Shown piece after piece: positions 49,920-58,298 of a stretch of 64,000 bases of DNA (within the stretch, counting starts at the first letter, position 1; the number at the start of each line of letters is the position of its first letter). The DNA lies in assembly GCA_031411295.1 (NCBI GenBank), contig JANOAV010000087.1, forward strand, positions 96,001 to 160,000. Reading direction: 5' to 3'. Below the pieces are notes generated by a model. It saw only the letters and a list, made by a program, of their open reading frames with translations. It made no database searches and was not told where the DNA came from. The stretch comes from Verrucomicrobiales bacterium. GTDB taxonomy: Bacteria; Verrucomicrobiota; Verrucomicrobiia; Verrucomicrobiales; V1-33. A program made the translations under genes and the position numbers.

Positions 49920-51770
49920 TCAGTCCACGAACTTCTGAAACGCTTCGATGGCCTCATACTCGGCCATGCCCAGCGCATCATAGGCTTCAGCGGTGAGTTT
50001 ATTTTGCTCGCCAGTCATCATTTCCGGGAGGTTCTGGGAATGGAATTTCCGCATGGCGTTGAGCTTCCGCTCCAACTGGTCGGGGCTCATGGGCACCGCC
50101 ATGTCGATCTCATGCGGTGAAAACTCCTTCTGATGCCCCCGGTAAAGCCAAATTTGGCAGTTGACCTTCCGGTCCTCCAGAGCCAATCGCAGGGCCTTGA
50201 AGGCGACACCTTGCACACTACTGGGGTCCGCCAAGTGACCGGTGGCGAAAATGAGGTGTGGCTGGACCCGATCCAAAACGGCACCCACTTTTTGCACATC
50301 CTCATCACTCAGGGCGAAGTTGCGATAGCGGCCAGTGGCATAGAATGGCAGGTCCAGAAACGTGACCTTGCTAACTCCGAGACTGGCTTCCGCATCCCGT
50401 GTCTCCCCTCGACGAATGCGGGATTTGAGACGGCGTAATTCTGGGGATGGCAGACCGAAGGCACCCTTAACCTCGATTTCTTTCAACAAATGCACGGCAT
50501 AGGCTTCCTGGACAGACCAATCGGGTTGTTCGCGAGCGGTGTCTGCCAGCACTTTGGTGAAACGCGTGGCCTCAGCATCGGTGACCCGGAGATCACCACT
50601 GGTCTGACAAATGACTTCCACGTCGTGGCCTTGCGCTACCAAGCGTTCCAGCGTTCCCCCCATGGACATGATGTCGTCTTCCGGCTCTGGCGCGAAGACG
50701 AGCACGCGCTTGCGCGCTGGAGTATTTTTGACCGGACGATTCGTGTCATCCGCGTCTCCCTTACCGCCGGGCCAGCCGGTGATGGTGTGCTGCTGGACGT
50801 TAAAGATTTTGATGTTGAGTTGATAGGAACCATCGTGTCCCGTGACCAGTTCCCCCATGCCATTCTCGTTATACTCCCCGCTGCGCAGCTTGAGAATCGG
50901 CTTCCCTTCCTGCTCCGCCAGCCAGCACACGGCCCGACGTTTCTCCGCATCCGTCCAAGCGACTTGGCCCACCAGCCACGGCAGACGAATTCGTGTTAGG
51001 TGAGCTGCTCCCGAGGCATTGAGCAGGAATCGGGAGTTGGGGTGGCTCTGCAGGAAGCTGGCGGAAATAATCTCCGTCTCCGGGCCTTCCACCGCCTGCT
51101 GGACAATGCCGGCCTTGTTTTCCCCCCAGGCCATTAACACTAATTGACGGGCTTTCAAAATGGTGCCAACGCCCATGGTGATGGCGAAGCGGGGCACGTT
51201 TTCCTCCCCTTGGAAATCACTGGCAGCATCCCGTCGTGTCAGGTGGTCCAACGCAATCAAACGGGTGCGTGAGTCCTTACTGGAGCCAGGCTCATTGAAA
51301 CCGATGTGGCCCGTGCGCCCGATCCCCAGGATTTGCAGATCCAACCCGCCCGCGGCATCGATTTGGTTTTCATACTGCTCACAACTGGCGAAGACATCCT
51401 CCATGGCCACCGTGCCATTGGGGACGTGGATGTGGTCCGGCGGCAGATCGATGTGGTTGAACAACTGGGTGTGCATGAATTGCCAGTAGCTTTCGGGATG
51501 GTCCCGGCCCAGGCCGAAATATTCGTCGAGATTGAACGTGATGACATTTTGGAAGCTCAGCCCCTCCTCCTTGTGCAGCCGAATCAGTTCCCGGTAAAAC
51601 GGAACAGGTGTGGAACCGGTCGCCAAGCCCAGCACGGCGGTCCGACCCTCGGCCTGCCGTTGTTGGATCAACTGTTGGACTTCCCGCGCCAGGGAGGCAC
51701 AGGCGTCGTGGGCGGTGGGATAAATGACGGTCTTGATTTTCTCAAATTGTTCAGCAGCGGAAGCACTCAT
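49920..51770 (-). CDS. nagB: Glucosamine-6-phosphate deaminase with a C-terminal PIG-L-like domain
   Basis: LGLATGSTP, TFNLDEY, LGIGRTGHIGFNEPGS, AITMGVGTI, and a C-terminal LmbE-like domain. Confidence 0.95.
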   Translation of the reverse strand: MSASAAEQFEKIKTVIYPTAHDACASLAREVQQLIQQRQAEGRTAVLGLATGSTPVPFYRELIRLHKEEGLSFQNVITFNLDEYFGLGRDHPESYWQFMHTQLFNHIDLPPDHIHVPNGTVAMEDVFASCEQYENQIDAAGGLDLQILGIGRTGHIGFNEPGSSKDSRTRLIALDHLTRRDAASDFQGEENVPRFAITMGVGTILKARQLVLMAWGENKAGIVQQAVEGPETEIISASFLQSHPNSRFLLNASGAAHLTRIRLPWLVGQVAWTDAEKRRAVCWLAEQEGKPILKLRSGEYNENGMGELVTGHDGSYQLNIKIFNVQQHTITGWPGGKGDADDTNRPVKNTPARKRVLVFAPEPEDDIMSMGGTLERLVAQGHDVEVICQTSGDLRVTDAEATRFTKVLADTAREQPDWSVQEAYAVHLLKEIEVKGAFGLPSPELRRLKSRIRRGETRDAEASLGVSKVTFLDLPFYATGRYRNFALSDEDVQKVGAVLDRVQPHLIFATGHLADPSSVQGVAFKALRLALEDRKVNCQIWLYRGHQKEFSPHEIDMAVPMSPDQLERKLNAMRKFHSQNLPEMMTGEQNKLTAEAYDALGMAEYEAIEAFQKFVD

Positions 51771-51863
51771 AGGGCGGTAAGCATCACGGCATTCAACGCC
51801 CCGGCAAGTTTCCAGTCACCGAAACTACGGGATGAAACCCCTTGAGAAATTGAGGCGCGGTTC

Positions 51864-52658
51864 TTAAACACGCAGAATCCTTGACCGCCCATCTCCATTC
51901 AACGAAATCGCAGTATCCGAGAAGGATGAATACCCCGAGCCCAGAACGTAATCACACCGGCTCAACAACAACAGATCAATCCAATCGTCGCACACATCTA
52001 CGATGGTGCTTTGAGCCCGGGGCCAGCGAATCGCTTCATCGTTAAATTTCACACGCTCCACAATGGAGGGGCCAAATTTCTGCTTAAACTGGCGACGGGT
52101 TTCTGGGTTATCCGTGCCTAGAAAAACCTGTTTCTTTTCTGTGACCAGTTCACTTACAGCATTGAGAAACAGCTCGTCAGGACTGCGTTTTTGAGACTCT
52201 GTGTTATCCGTGCGGCGGATATGAATGCCCACTGTGGGCTGCGTAAAGTGTTCGGTTACAAACTCATCCACAATTTCAGTAACCACTGCGCTGGGCTTTG
52301 GATAAAAATCTCGCAGCGAGACAGGCGTAGCGGGCGCACATCGCGCTACGCTGAAAATGTGCCCCGTTTTCAAAATGAATCTTGGTTCCATGGGCAGGTC
52401 TAATTGTTGATTCGACCTCCCCCCACCGTCTTTAGCCAGCAAGGTCGATATCTTTGGAAGCTCCTGCTCATCCTCGGAAAGTCCGGAAAGCACAGTGAGG
52501 GAATCATCCAGCGCAAACAGATCACCCCAATTTCCCCATTGCCAGACCACGGAAATTTTCATTCCCAGCTCCACTCCAAGTCGTTTCGCGGCTGCGATGG
52601 CCCGAAGCCGATTACACAAGCCATCCGTGGGAATGAGAATCAATTCTTGTGCGGCCAT
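51864..52658 (-). CDS. GT-B fucosyltransferase-like glycosyltransferase (NodZ/GT11/GT23-like motifs)
   Basis: DGLCNRLRAI, VGIHIRRTD, VFLGTDN, DLLLLSRCDYVLGSGYSSFS. Confidence 0.75.
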   Translation of the reverse strand: MAAQELILIPTDGLCNRLRAIAAAKRLGVELGMKISVVWQWGNWGDLFALDDSLTVLSGLSEDEQELPKISTLLAKDGGGRSNQQLDLPMEPRFILKTGHIFSVARCAPATPVSLRDFYPKPSAVVTEIVDEFVTEHFTQPTVGIHIRRTDNTESQKRSPDELFLNAVSELVTEKKQVFLGTDNPETRRQFKQKFGPSIVERVKFNDEAIRWPRAQSTIVDVCDDWIDLLLLSRCDYVLGSGYSSFSDTAISLNGDGRSRILRV

Positions 52659-52661
52659 GAC

Positions 52662-54113
52662 TCACATCGTGTAATTGGTTAAGGTCATGAGATCAGAAAC
52701 GGCACCGGCATCCAGCGGAACGTAGGCGGCGTGATTTTGGAATTGGTCAAAATGTTCCTCCTCCCACGTATTGTTTCCGTGCACCGTCCGAATATAAAGT
52801 TCCGGCTCATCTAGTAGATGGTGAGGGCAGTTTTTCCTAAGCCGATCGAACAACTGCGAGTCCTCCGCGCGTTCCAGTTCAGGGTAGATCAGACTGACGC
52901 GATCCCGCCTAGCAATGAAAGCACATTCCCAGGCGCGGCATTGCGTAATTCCGGCTTCCTGTTTGGCGGGCCAGAACAACGTTAGGCGCTTCAGGAACCC
53001 GAACGCATGATTCCCCAGCGATTCCCACTGCCGCAGGATACGATCCGGATGACTCCAATCATCATCGTCCCACTGCATCACCACGCTGCCCGCAGCCAGT
53101 TGCAGAGAGAGATTGCGCATCTTACCAAGCGGCCCCTTGCCAGATGGAATGTGATGCCAGCGGATTTTGTCAGATTCAGGCAACTGTGGTGACCAGTCGG
53201 TTTCACTTTCATCAACAATCACGAGTTCCCGATTCGGATAAGTCTGCCCCAGAAAGGAACTCACCGCCCGTAACGCAAGCGCAGGTCGATTCCTTGTCAC
53301 CATCAGGCAGCTAACTAACGGCAGCCCAAACTCCTCCTCGCCCGCCACTTCCACGCGTGAGCGTCTTTGTAAGCCGGAGACCATGGAGGGCAGCGCCAAT
53401 TTGTTCTGTTCATCGAACCAGCTCTCTCCTGGATTCGCCATTTCCCAGTCCAACCCACGCACCGTCTCGCGGTTCGGCCGCTGCGAACCGTCCTCCCGGT
53501 AATTGCTGTAAGTGCGACCCAAGACATCCGATGGAGACACTGCCTGCCAAGCCAGATTGGGAAAGGCGGCATAGGTGGGAATGGTTGCATGGAGCAAAGC
53601 TAACTCCACGTCTGACGCGGTTTTTTGTGGCGGGCGTCCTCGCCCAGTCCCGCGCATAGCTTTGGATACCTTCAAGAAATGTTCCCTGCGGATCGCTACG
53701 GCATGATTGTCGAAGGCGCTGCGAACCTTCACCAACCCTGGACAGACAATTTCGGGTCGTTCCAAATGCTGGCAGCCGAAATAGAAAATCCCCCAATCAT
53801 CCGGTAAATTTATCGCTTCGACCCGTTCACGAAATTCCGGGTGTAACACCACATCGTCCTCGAATAACAGAATTGCGTCTGCCCCTGCAATCCGCGCGCG
53901 CCGGATTGCCAGTCGTTTGGTCAGCGCGCACGCACGCTTGGCGGTTGTGCTGTAACCCCACGCGTCTCGCAACCAAGTTGCCTTGACGGCTGGTTGTCTG
54001 ATGACTTCCAAACTGTGTTGCCAGAACTGGTATTCAACGTCATTCCTGCGATCTTCGCGATTTCCAAGATTTAGGTAGGTGCGGTAGGGAAAGGTAGCTT
54101 CAAGTTGCATCAA
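52662..54113 (-). CDS. Bifunctional glycosyltransferase (GT25-like + GT2)
   Basis: N-half YLNL..R.DRR...LLFEDDV...LPDDWGIFYFG; C-half PLVSCLMVT.NR...QTYPNRELVIVD...QWDDDDWSHPDR. Confidence 0.85.
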   Translation of the reverse strand: MMQLEATFPYRTYLNLGNREDRRNDVEYQFWQHSLEVIRQPAVKATWLRDAWGYSTTAKRACALTKRLAIRRARIAGADAILLFEDDVVLHPEFRERVEAINLPDDWGIFYFGCQHLERPEIVCPGLVKVRSAFDNHAVAIRREHFLKVSKAMRGTGRGRPPQKTASDVELALLHATIPTYAAFPNLAWQAVSPSDVLGRTYSNYREDGSQRPNRETVRGLDWEMANPGESWFDEQNKLALPSMVSGLQRRSRVEVAGEEEFGLPLVSCLMVTRNRPALALRAVSSFLGQTYPNRELVIVDESETDWSPQLPESDKIRWHHIPSGKGPLGKMRNLSLQLAAGSVVMQWDDDDWSHPDRILRQWESLGNHAFGFLKRLTLFWPAKQEAGITQCRAWECAFIARRDRVSLIYPELERAEDSQLFDRLRKNCPHHLLDEPELYIRTVHGNNTWEEEHFDQFQNHAAYVPLDAGAVSDLMTLTNYTM

Positions 54114-54127
54114 AAATCAGAGGGAAA

Positions 54128-54838
54128 TTAAGGTTCCAAAATATCGAGAAAATGCCCCGTCTGGTCCCCAAAATACCGGGCGTAAAAGAGCCCTGTGAGA
54201 AACTCCAACTGAGCATTGGGCACCCAATCTGCCACGGAAAGGATTGCTGCTTCCCGCCAATCGAGGTAGGAGGTGCCCGCATCCACCGATTGGATCTCGT
54301 CCCGTTCAAATGGAATCCGCCGCAACGAATTTGGGTGACTGGAAGAAATTTGACACGGGTCCCCGCCATTCTCCGGGAGCGCGATGTCGGCCTCTTCCAT
54401 CCGTCGCCAAGTCAGCATCAACTCTTGGTAAAATTCCGTTTTGACGGCCCACGCCCGACCGCCGAAAAACCAAAGCAAATCCCACGGGCGATCTACCGGG
54501 AACAAATGATCAATGTTTCTGCGCACCGCACTGGCAGCATCCAAATACGCCACTACCGAACAGCCGTTAGTGTCCAAATAGTCAGCCGCCAAATGCGGAA
54601 ATTGCGTTGAAAACTCCGTTCCTTGGCCAGTGGTAGCAACGTAAACTTCCTCCACCCCAGCCTTGGCCACCTTAAATAAGGGGGCCTCCGTGTTGCGGAA
54701 GACCACGATGCGCCCATTAAAGTAGGATCGCAACAAACTACTCACTAGCAGTTTAGCCATCACCCTGCGAACCAAAGAACCCGGTGAGTCAAATGCCATC
54801 GTGTAGAGCAGGACGCTCGGAGGAATGAGTTCAGCCAT
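54128..54838 (-). CDS. Degenerate GT-A glycosyltransferase-like protein, paralog of 57284-58270
   Basis: Shares FD.PG....AK.LVSSLLR..F.G.I.VFRN.E.PLF.V...G.EE.YV and RNIDHL with the paralog; its DxD reads DAA. Confidence 0.7.
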   Translation of the reverse strand: MAELIPPSVLLYTMAFDSPGSLVRRVMAKLLVSSLLRSYFNGRIVVFRNTEAPLFKVAKAGVEEVYVATTGQGTEFSTQFPHLAADYLDTNGCSVVAYLDAASAVRRNIDHLFPVDRPWDLLWFFGGRAWAVKTEFYQELMLTWRRMEEADIALPENGGDPCQISSSHPNSLRRIPFERDEIQSVDAGTSYLDWREAAILSVADWVPNAQLEFLTGLFYARYFGDQTGHFLDILEP

Positions 54839-54859
54839 GTGCTTGGGGAATCAGGAATC

Positions 54860-55909
54860 TTAAGGCTTGACTGGCTTCACAGGTTGCAACGCCTTCAGCA
54901 CAGTGTTGCGCAGCGTTTCGTCGGAAATAGTAGCCGCCCATTTCGCAGCTCCTTCCGGGTCCATTTTGCAGATTGCTTTGCTGAAGATTCCTATCAACTC
55001 ATTGCGGTCTGGCTCATTCGTATGTTGATTTAGCCATTGCCCCGCATCGTCAGGATTGACTTCGGCCCATGCTGCGATGGCGACCGGACGGGCCACGTTT
55101 TGGCCCGCAATGGTTTGCGCAAACGTCATGATCTCCGTTCCTCCCCGGGCGGTGATCAGCGGGGGAAAGGCCATTGCCAGTGAGGCCGCATTCACCAAGC
55201 TGGGATCAGGGCAGGATTTCAATTGCCCCAATGCCGCCTTGGCATCCGGCTTGGCCATGATGCCAACCGCTTTTCCGAAGATCTCGGATTCGAAGGGTGC
55301 CTGTGGTGCGGTCGCCAAACTCAGCACTTTATGCACTTTGGCAATGCCGCCATTTTGCATCAGCGCCTTGGCGATCCACCCGGCTGCCTCAGCGTTTTGC
55401 CACTGGGCATTTTCTGAATTGCCGATCCAGCCTGCGATGGCAGGTGCCGAATATTGGCCAAGCCCAGACACAATTCCTTCCACGGCAAACTTTTGATTCA
55501 ACTCGGACAGCCCATCATACCACTTGCTGTATTCCGGTCCAAACTTCCAGGCGATAGCATGGAACAGATCCTTGTAAAACTGCTTCAGCCAGCGTTCGGG
55601 AACTTCAGTCCGAAGAAATTTCACAGCTTCATCTGGCGCGGCTTTCCCCCAATCTGTCCACAATGCTCGGTATTCCTCACGGTGGTTGATGGCGGGTGTT
55701 TCAGTTGAGGCAAGCGCTCTAAATCGGCTGATAAAACCATCCTCTTTACGGTCTAATTGCGGACGAGTGGGCGCCCCAAGCGCTTCGCTCTGTGATTGAT
55801 CCAACCCAGCAGGGTCATTGCGGGAAAAAATCAAGCGCCATGCCCCCCAAAACATTGCAGCGCAGACTCCCACCGCTGCGGTCCAGATGAGTTTGTCCTT
55901 CAGAATCAT
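54860..55909 (-). CDS. Hypothetical membrane-anchored/secreted protein with helical W..DP..A..W repeats
   Basis: N-terminal hydrophobic segment; repeats WAEVNPDDAGQW and ICKMDPEGAAKW. Confidence 0.65.
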   Translation of the reverse strand: MILKDKLIWTAAVGVCAAMFWGAWRLIFSRNDPAGLDQSQSEALGAPTRPQLDRKEDGFISRFRALASTETPAINHREEYRALWTDWGKAAPDEAVKFLRTEVPERWLKQFYKDLFHAIAWKFGPEYSKWYDGLSELNQKFAVEGIVSGLGQYSAPAIAGWIGNSENAQWQNAEAAGWIAKALMQNGGIAKVHKVLSLATAPQAPFESEIFGKAVGIMAKPDAKAALGQLKSCPDPSLVNAASLAMAFPPLITARGGTEIMTFAQTIAGQNVARPVAIAAWAEVNPDDAGQWLNQHTNEPDRNELIGIFSKAICKMDPEGAAKWAATISDETLRNTVLKALQPVKPVKP

Positions 55910-55988
55910 ATGTTAAATTGCTGTGAGAATTCGCTTCGCTATTGGGCGCTGCCATTCACCTGGGAAGCAAAGGCCGACATCATGTGAA

Positions 55989-56717
55989 TTACTGTTTACT
56001 TTTGGCAAGATTCTCGAACCAAGGAAACCTCTGGAGGATGGCTGTTCTATTTAACTGCTTCTTCCAACTGACGACATCTCCAGCGTTCCCACTAGAGTTC
56101 CAACTTACAACAGTTAGGGTATTCCCCTGGTGGATAACATCCTCCATATAAATCTCTTCAGTGTATGTTCCGAAGCTTGATGCCAAGCTATCAGTCTGTA
56201 GCACAGCGGCAATAGCTTTACCTTTACCGTTGGGAAGCGCTTTTTTAATGGCTTCTTGGAGCCGCGCTAGTAAATCCGCGCCTTCTGGATAGGGAGATAT
56301 TCTAAAGTAATCACCTTTTTGCGGATCGCTTACGAAGCTCACATGAATTCTTTCCAGTTCCTTAATCTCATCAAAAAACGGCCTAGTTGTCAGTATCAAC
56401 TGTTCTTTCTCTTCTGCGGTCAGTTCCATCTGTTTCGCAAACTCTTCACTGATCTCAAAAGTTCCAGAAAATGGCTTCCTGAGTTGTGATAGAAACTCGG
56501 TTGAGTAAACGACCTCGCTTTGCAATTCCTTTTTAAGTGGAGGCGATGTTGAGGAAGTAGGATCATAAACCGGCTTACGATTCTCGCGCAACACAGAAAT
56601 TTCACTGGGGTTTCTTGAAGAAACCTCCGGTGGTTTTCCTTTTGTTTGAAATCGCAACCAGCAAACAATCCCAATGACTGCACACGTGCTTAAACAGAAT
56701 TTAATAACAGCATTCAT
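55989..56717 (-). CDS. Hypothetical signal-anchored protein (AT-rich gene)
   Basis: N-terminal TM segment; ATGA overlap with the upstream stop at 56714-56716. Confidence 0.65.
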   Translation of the reverse strand: MNAVIKFCLSTCAVIGIVCWLRFQTKGKPPEVSSRNPSEISVLRENRKPVYDPTSSTSPPLKKELQSEVVYSTEFLSQLRKPFSGTFEISEEFAKQMELTAEEKEQLILTTRPFFDEIKELERIHVSFVSDPQKGDYFRISPYPEGADLLARLQEAIKKALPNGKGKAIAAVLQTDSLASSFGTYTEEIYMEDVIHQGNTLTVVSWNSSGNAGDVVSWKKQLNRTAILQRFPWFENLAKSKQ

Positions 56718-57258
56718 TGGGCCGTGATTACATCCCAAGACTGATGCTCAACCCTTCTCCAAGTTGCTGTCCAAGATTTTAAGAAGGCATCCCAATGAGC
56801 TGCTACCACAGGTTCAAAGTCTGCACTTGCGTCAAAATTAGCGTTAGCATTAACAGGGTCCCAAGTATCGACCAGTGCACCTGGAGAATTGGCGTCATAC
56901 GCCCAAGCTACTGCAGCTATCTGTGCTGTGGCATCTGCCTTCGCTGCTGCAGTCGCCTCGTCAGAACCAACCTGTCCGGGTTTGGCACTAAAACCGCTCC
57001 CATTGGGCGAGGTCCTAGTTTGAGCATGATTACGTTTTTTGTTTGGAACGGGAGGAGGACCCGTTCCAGGCAGCGCCGAAGCATCCACTTTCAACACCTC
57101 AATCACGACCAAAGATCCTACTCCCGCCATACCCAGTTTCTTGAGAAATAGGCGCTTGCCGAGATCTGAATTCCAAGTCGCAGCATTATTGTTACGGTGA
57201 GCTTGACTATTTGCCCCCCCCCGCGATTATTTAGATCACTAATGGATGTTTTTTTCAT
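56714..57258 (-). CDS. Putative Tat-exported small protein, out of frame at a G9 tract (57214-57222)
   Basis: The ATG at 57258 starts MKKTSISDLNNRGGG. One extra G joins it to ...DLGKRLFLKKLGMAGVGSLVVIEVLKVDASA and the 56714-57130 ORF. Confidence 0.65.
57214..57222. repeat. C9 (G9 on minus strand) homopolymer, candidate slipped-strand switch
   Basis: ttgCCCCCCCCCgcg lies inside the 5' coding region of the frameshifted gene. Confidence 0.6.
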
Positions 57259-57283
57259 GGTAGGCTCATGTTAACGCATCGCT

Positions 57284-58270
57284 ATGAATTCGTCAATAAC
57301 CATTTTGATTTTTATGAAGAATAAGTTTGTAATCGCTCCAGCTACGACAGGAAAGGCATCGGATACGTTGGCTGCTAGCACGATACCGACAGATGCGCCA
57401 ACCAACCTACGCCCCAACCTGATTTACATCATCTGCTTCGATGCTCCGGGCTGCGGAGGGAACCGTTTGCTAGCAAAGATGTTGGTGTCCTCGTTACTGC
57501 GGACATTTTTCACGGGTGACATTCTGGTGTTCCGTAACTTCGAGACACCGTTGTTTCTAGTAGAACGGAAAGGCTTGGAGGAAATCTACGTGGATGCTCC
57601 GCAGTTGGCGGGACAACCAGGAGCGGAAGCCGCGTGGTGCTGGAAATACAAGGTGGCGGAGATGATGGATGTGGCAGGTTATGACAAAGTGCTCTTCCTA
57701 GATGCGGACTTCCTGGCTCTGCGGAACATCGATCACTTGTTGGAAGGCGATTGGGATATCCGTTACCAACCAGAGCGCGGACACAAAGGTGATGAGGTAA
57801 CCTACAATGCATTCTACACGGAGAAAGAAATAACCAAAGCAGGCGCGCGCACCGGCATTAACAGCGGCAGCATAGCCGTGCGGGCAGAGGTATTTCATGA
57901 AGTAATGACACAGTGGCGAAAGATCGACGAGGGAAAGCGGTATTGGAACAACGGCTTCTGGGATCAAGCCAGTTGGAATCGGCTGCTGATGAACCACACC
58001 AAGGAGGTGGGGCATCTTGCCCCACTTAAACAGAAATCTAAAAAAGGGGAGCGGGACGCTCCCCCTCCTTGGCGGGCGGAGCCATTTCCTGACAGGGAAA
58101 TTCAATTTCCGATGTATCTGGATCTGGACTTCCGTTCCTATTCCAAGGCCACCCTGACGCACAACTGTGGCATGAATGCGTTGGGGAAAATAGAATTCAC
58201 CTTCGGTCTCTACATGAGAACCTTCTTCAGTGATCCATCCGGGCTGTTCTTCTCTATGTTGGAAATGTAA
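57284..58270 (+). CDS. GT-A glycosyltransferase (GT8/GT77-like)
   Basis: YDKVLFLDADFLALRNIDHLL, GINSGSI, WDQASWNRL. Confidence 0.8.
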   Translation: MNSSITILIFMKNKFVIAPATTGKASDTLAASTIPTDAPTNLRPNLIYIICFDAPGCGGNRLLAKMLVSSLLRTFFTGDILVFRNFETPLFLVERKGLEEIYVDAPQLAGQPGAEAAWCWKYKVAEMMDVAGYDKVLFLDADFLALRNIDHLLEGDWDIRYQPERGHKGDEVTYNAFYTEKEITKAGARTGINSGSIAVRAEVFHEVMTQWRKIDEGKRYWNNGFWDQASWNRLLMNHTKEVGHLAPLKQKSKKGERDAPPPWRAEPFPDREIQFPMYLDLDFRSYSKATLTHNCGMNALGKIEFTFGLYMRTFFSDPSGLFFSMLEM

Positions 58271-58298
58271 GGATCACGTCCCTAGCCAGCGCCAGCGA

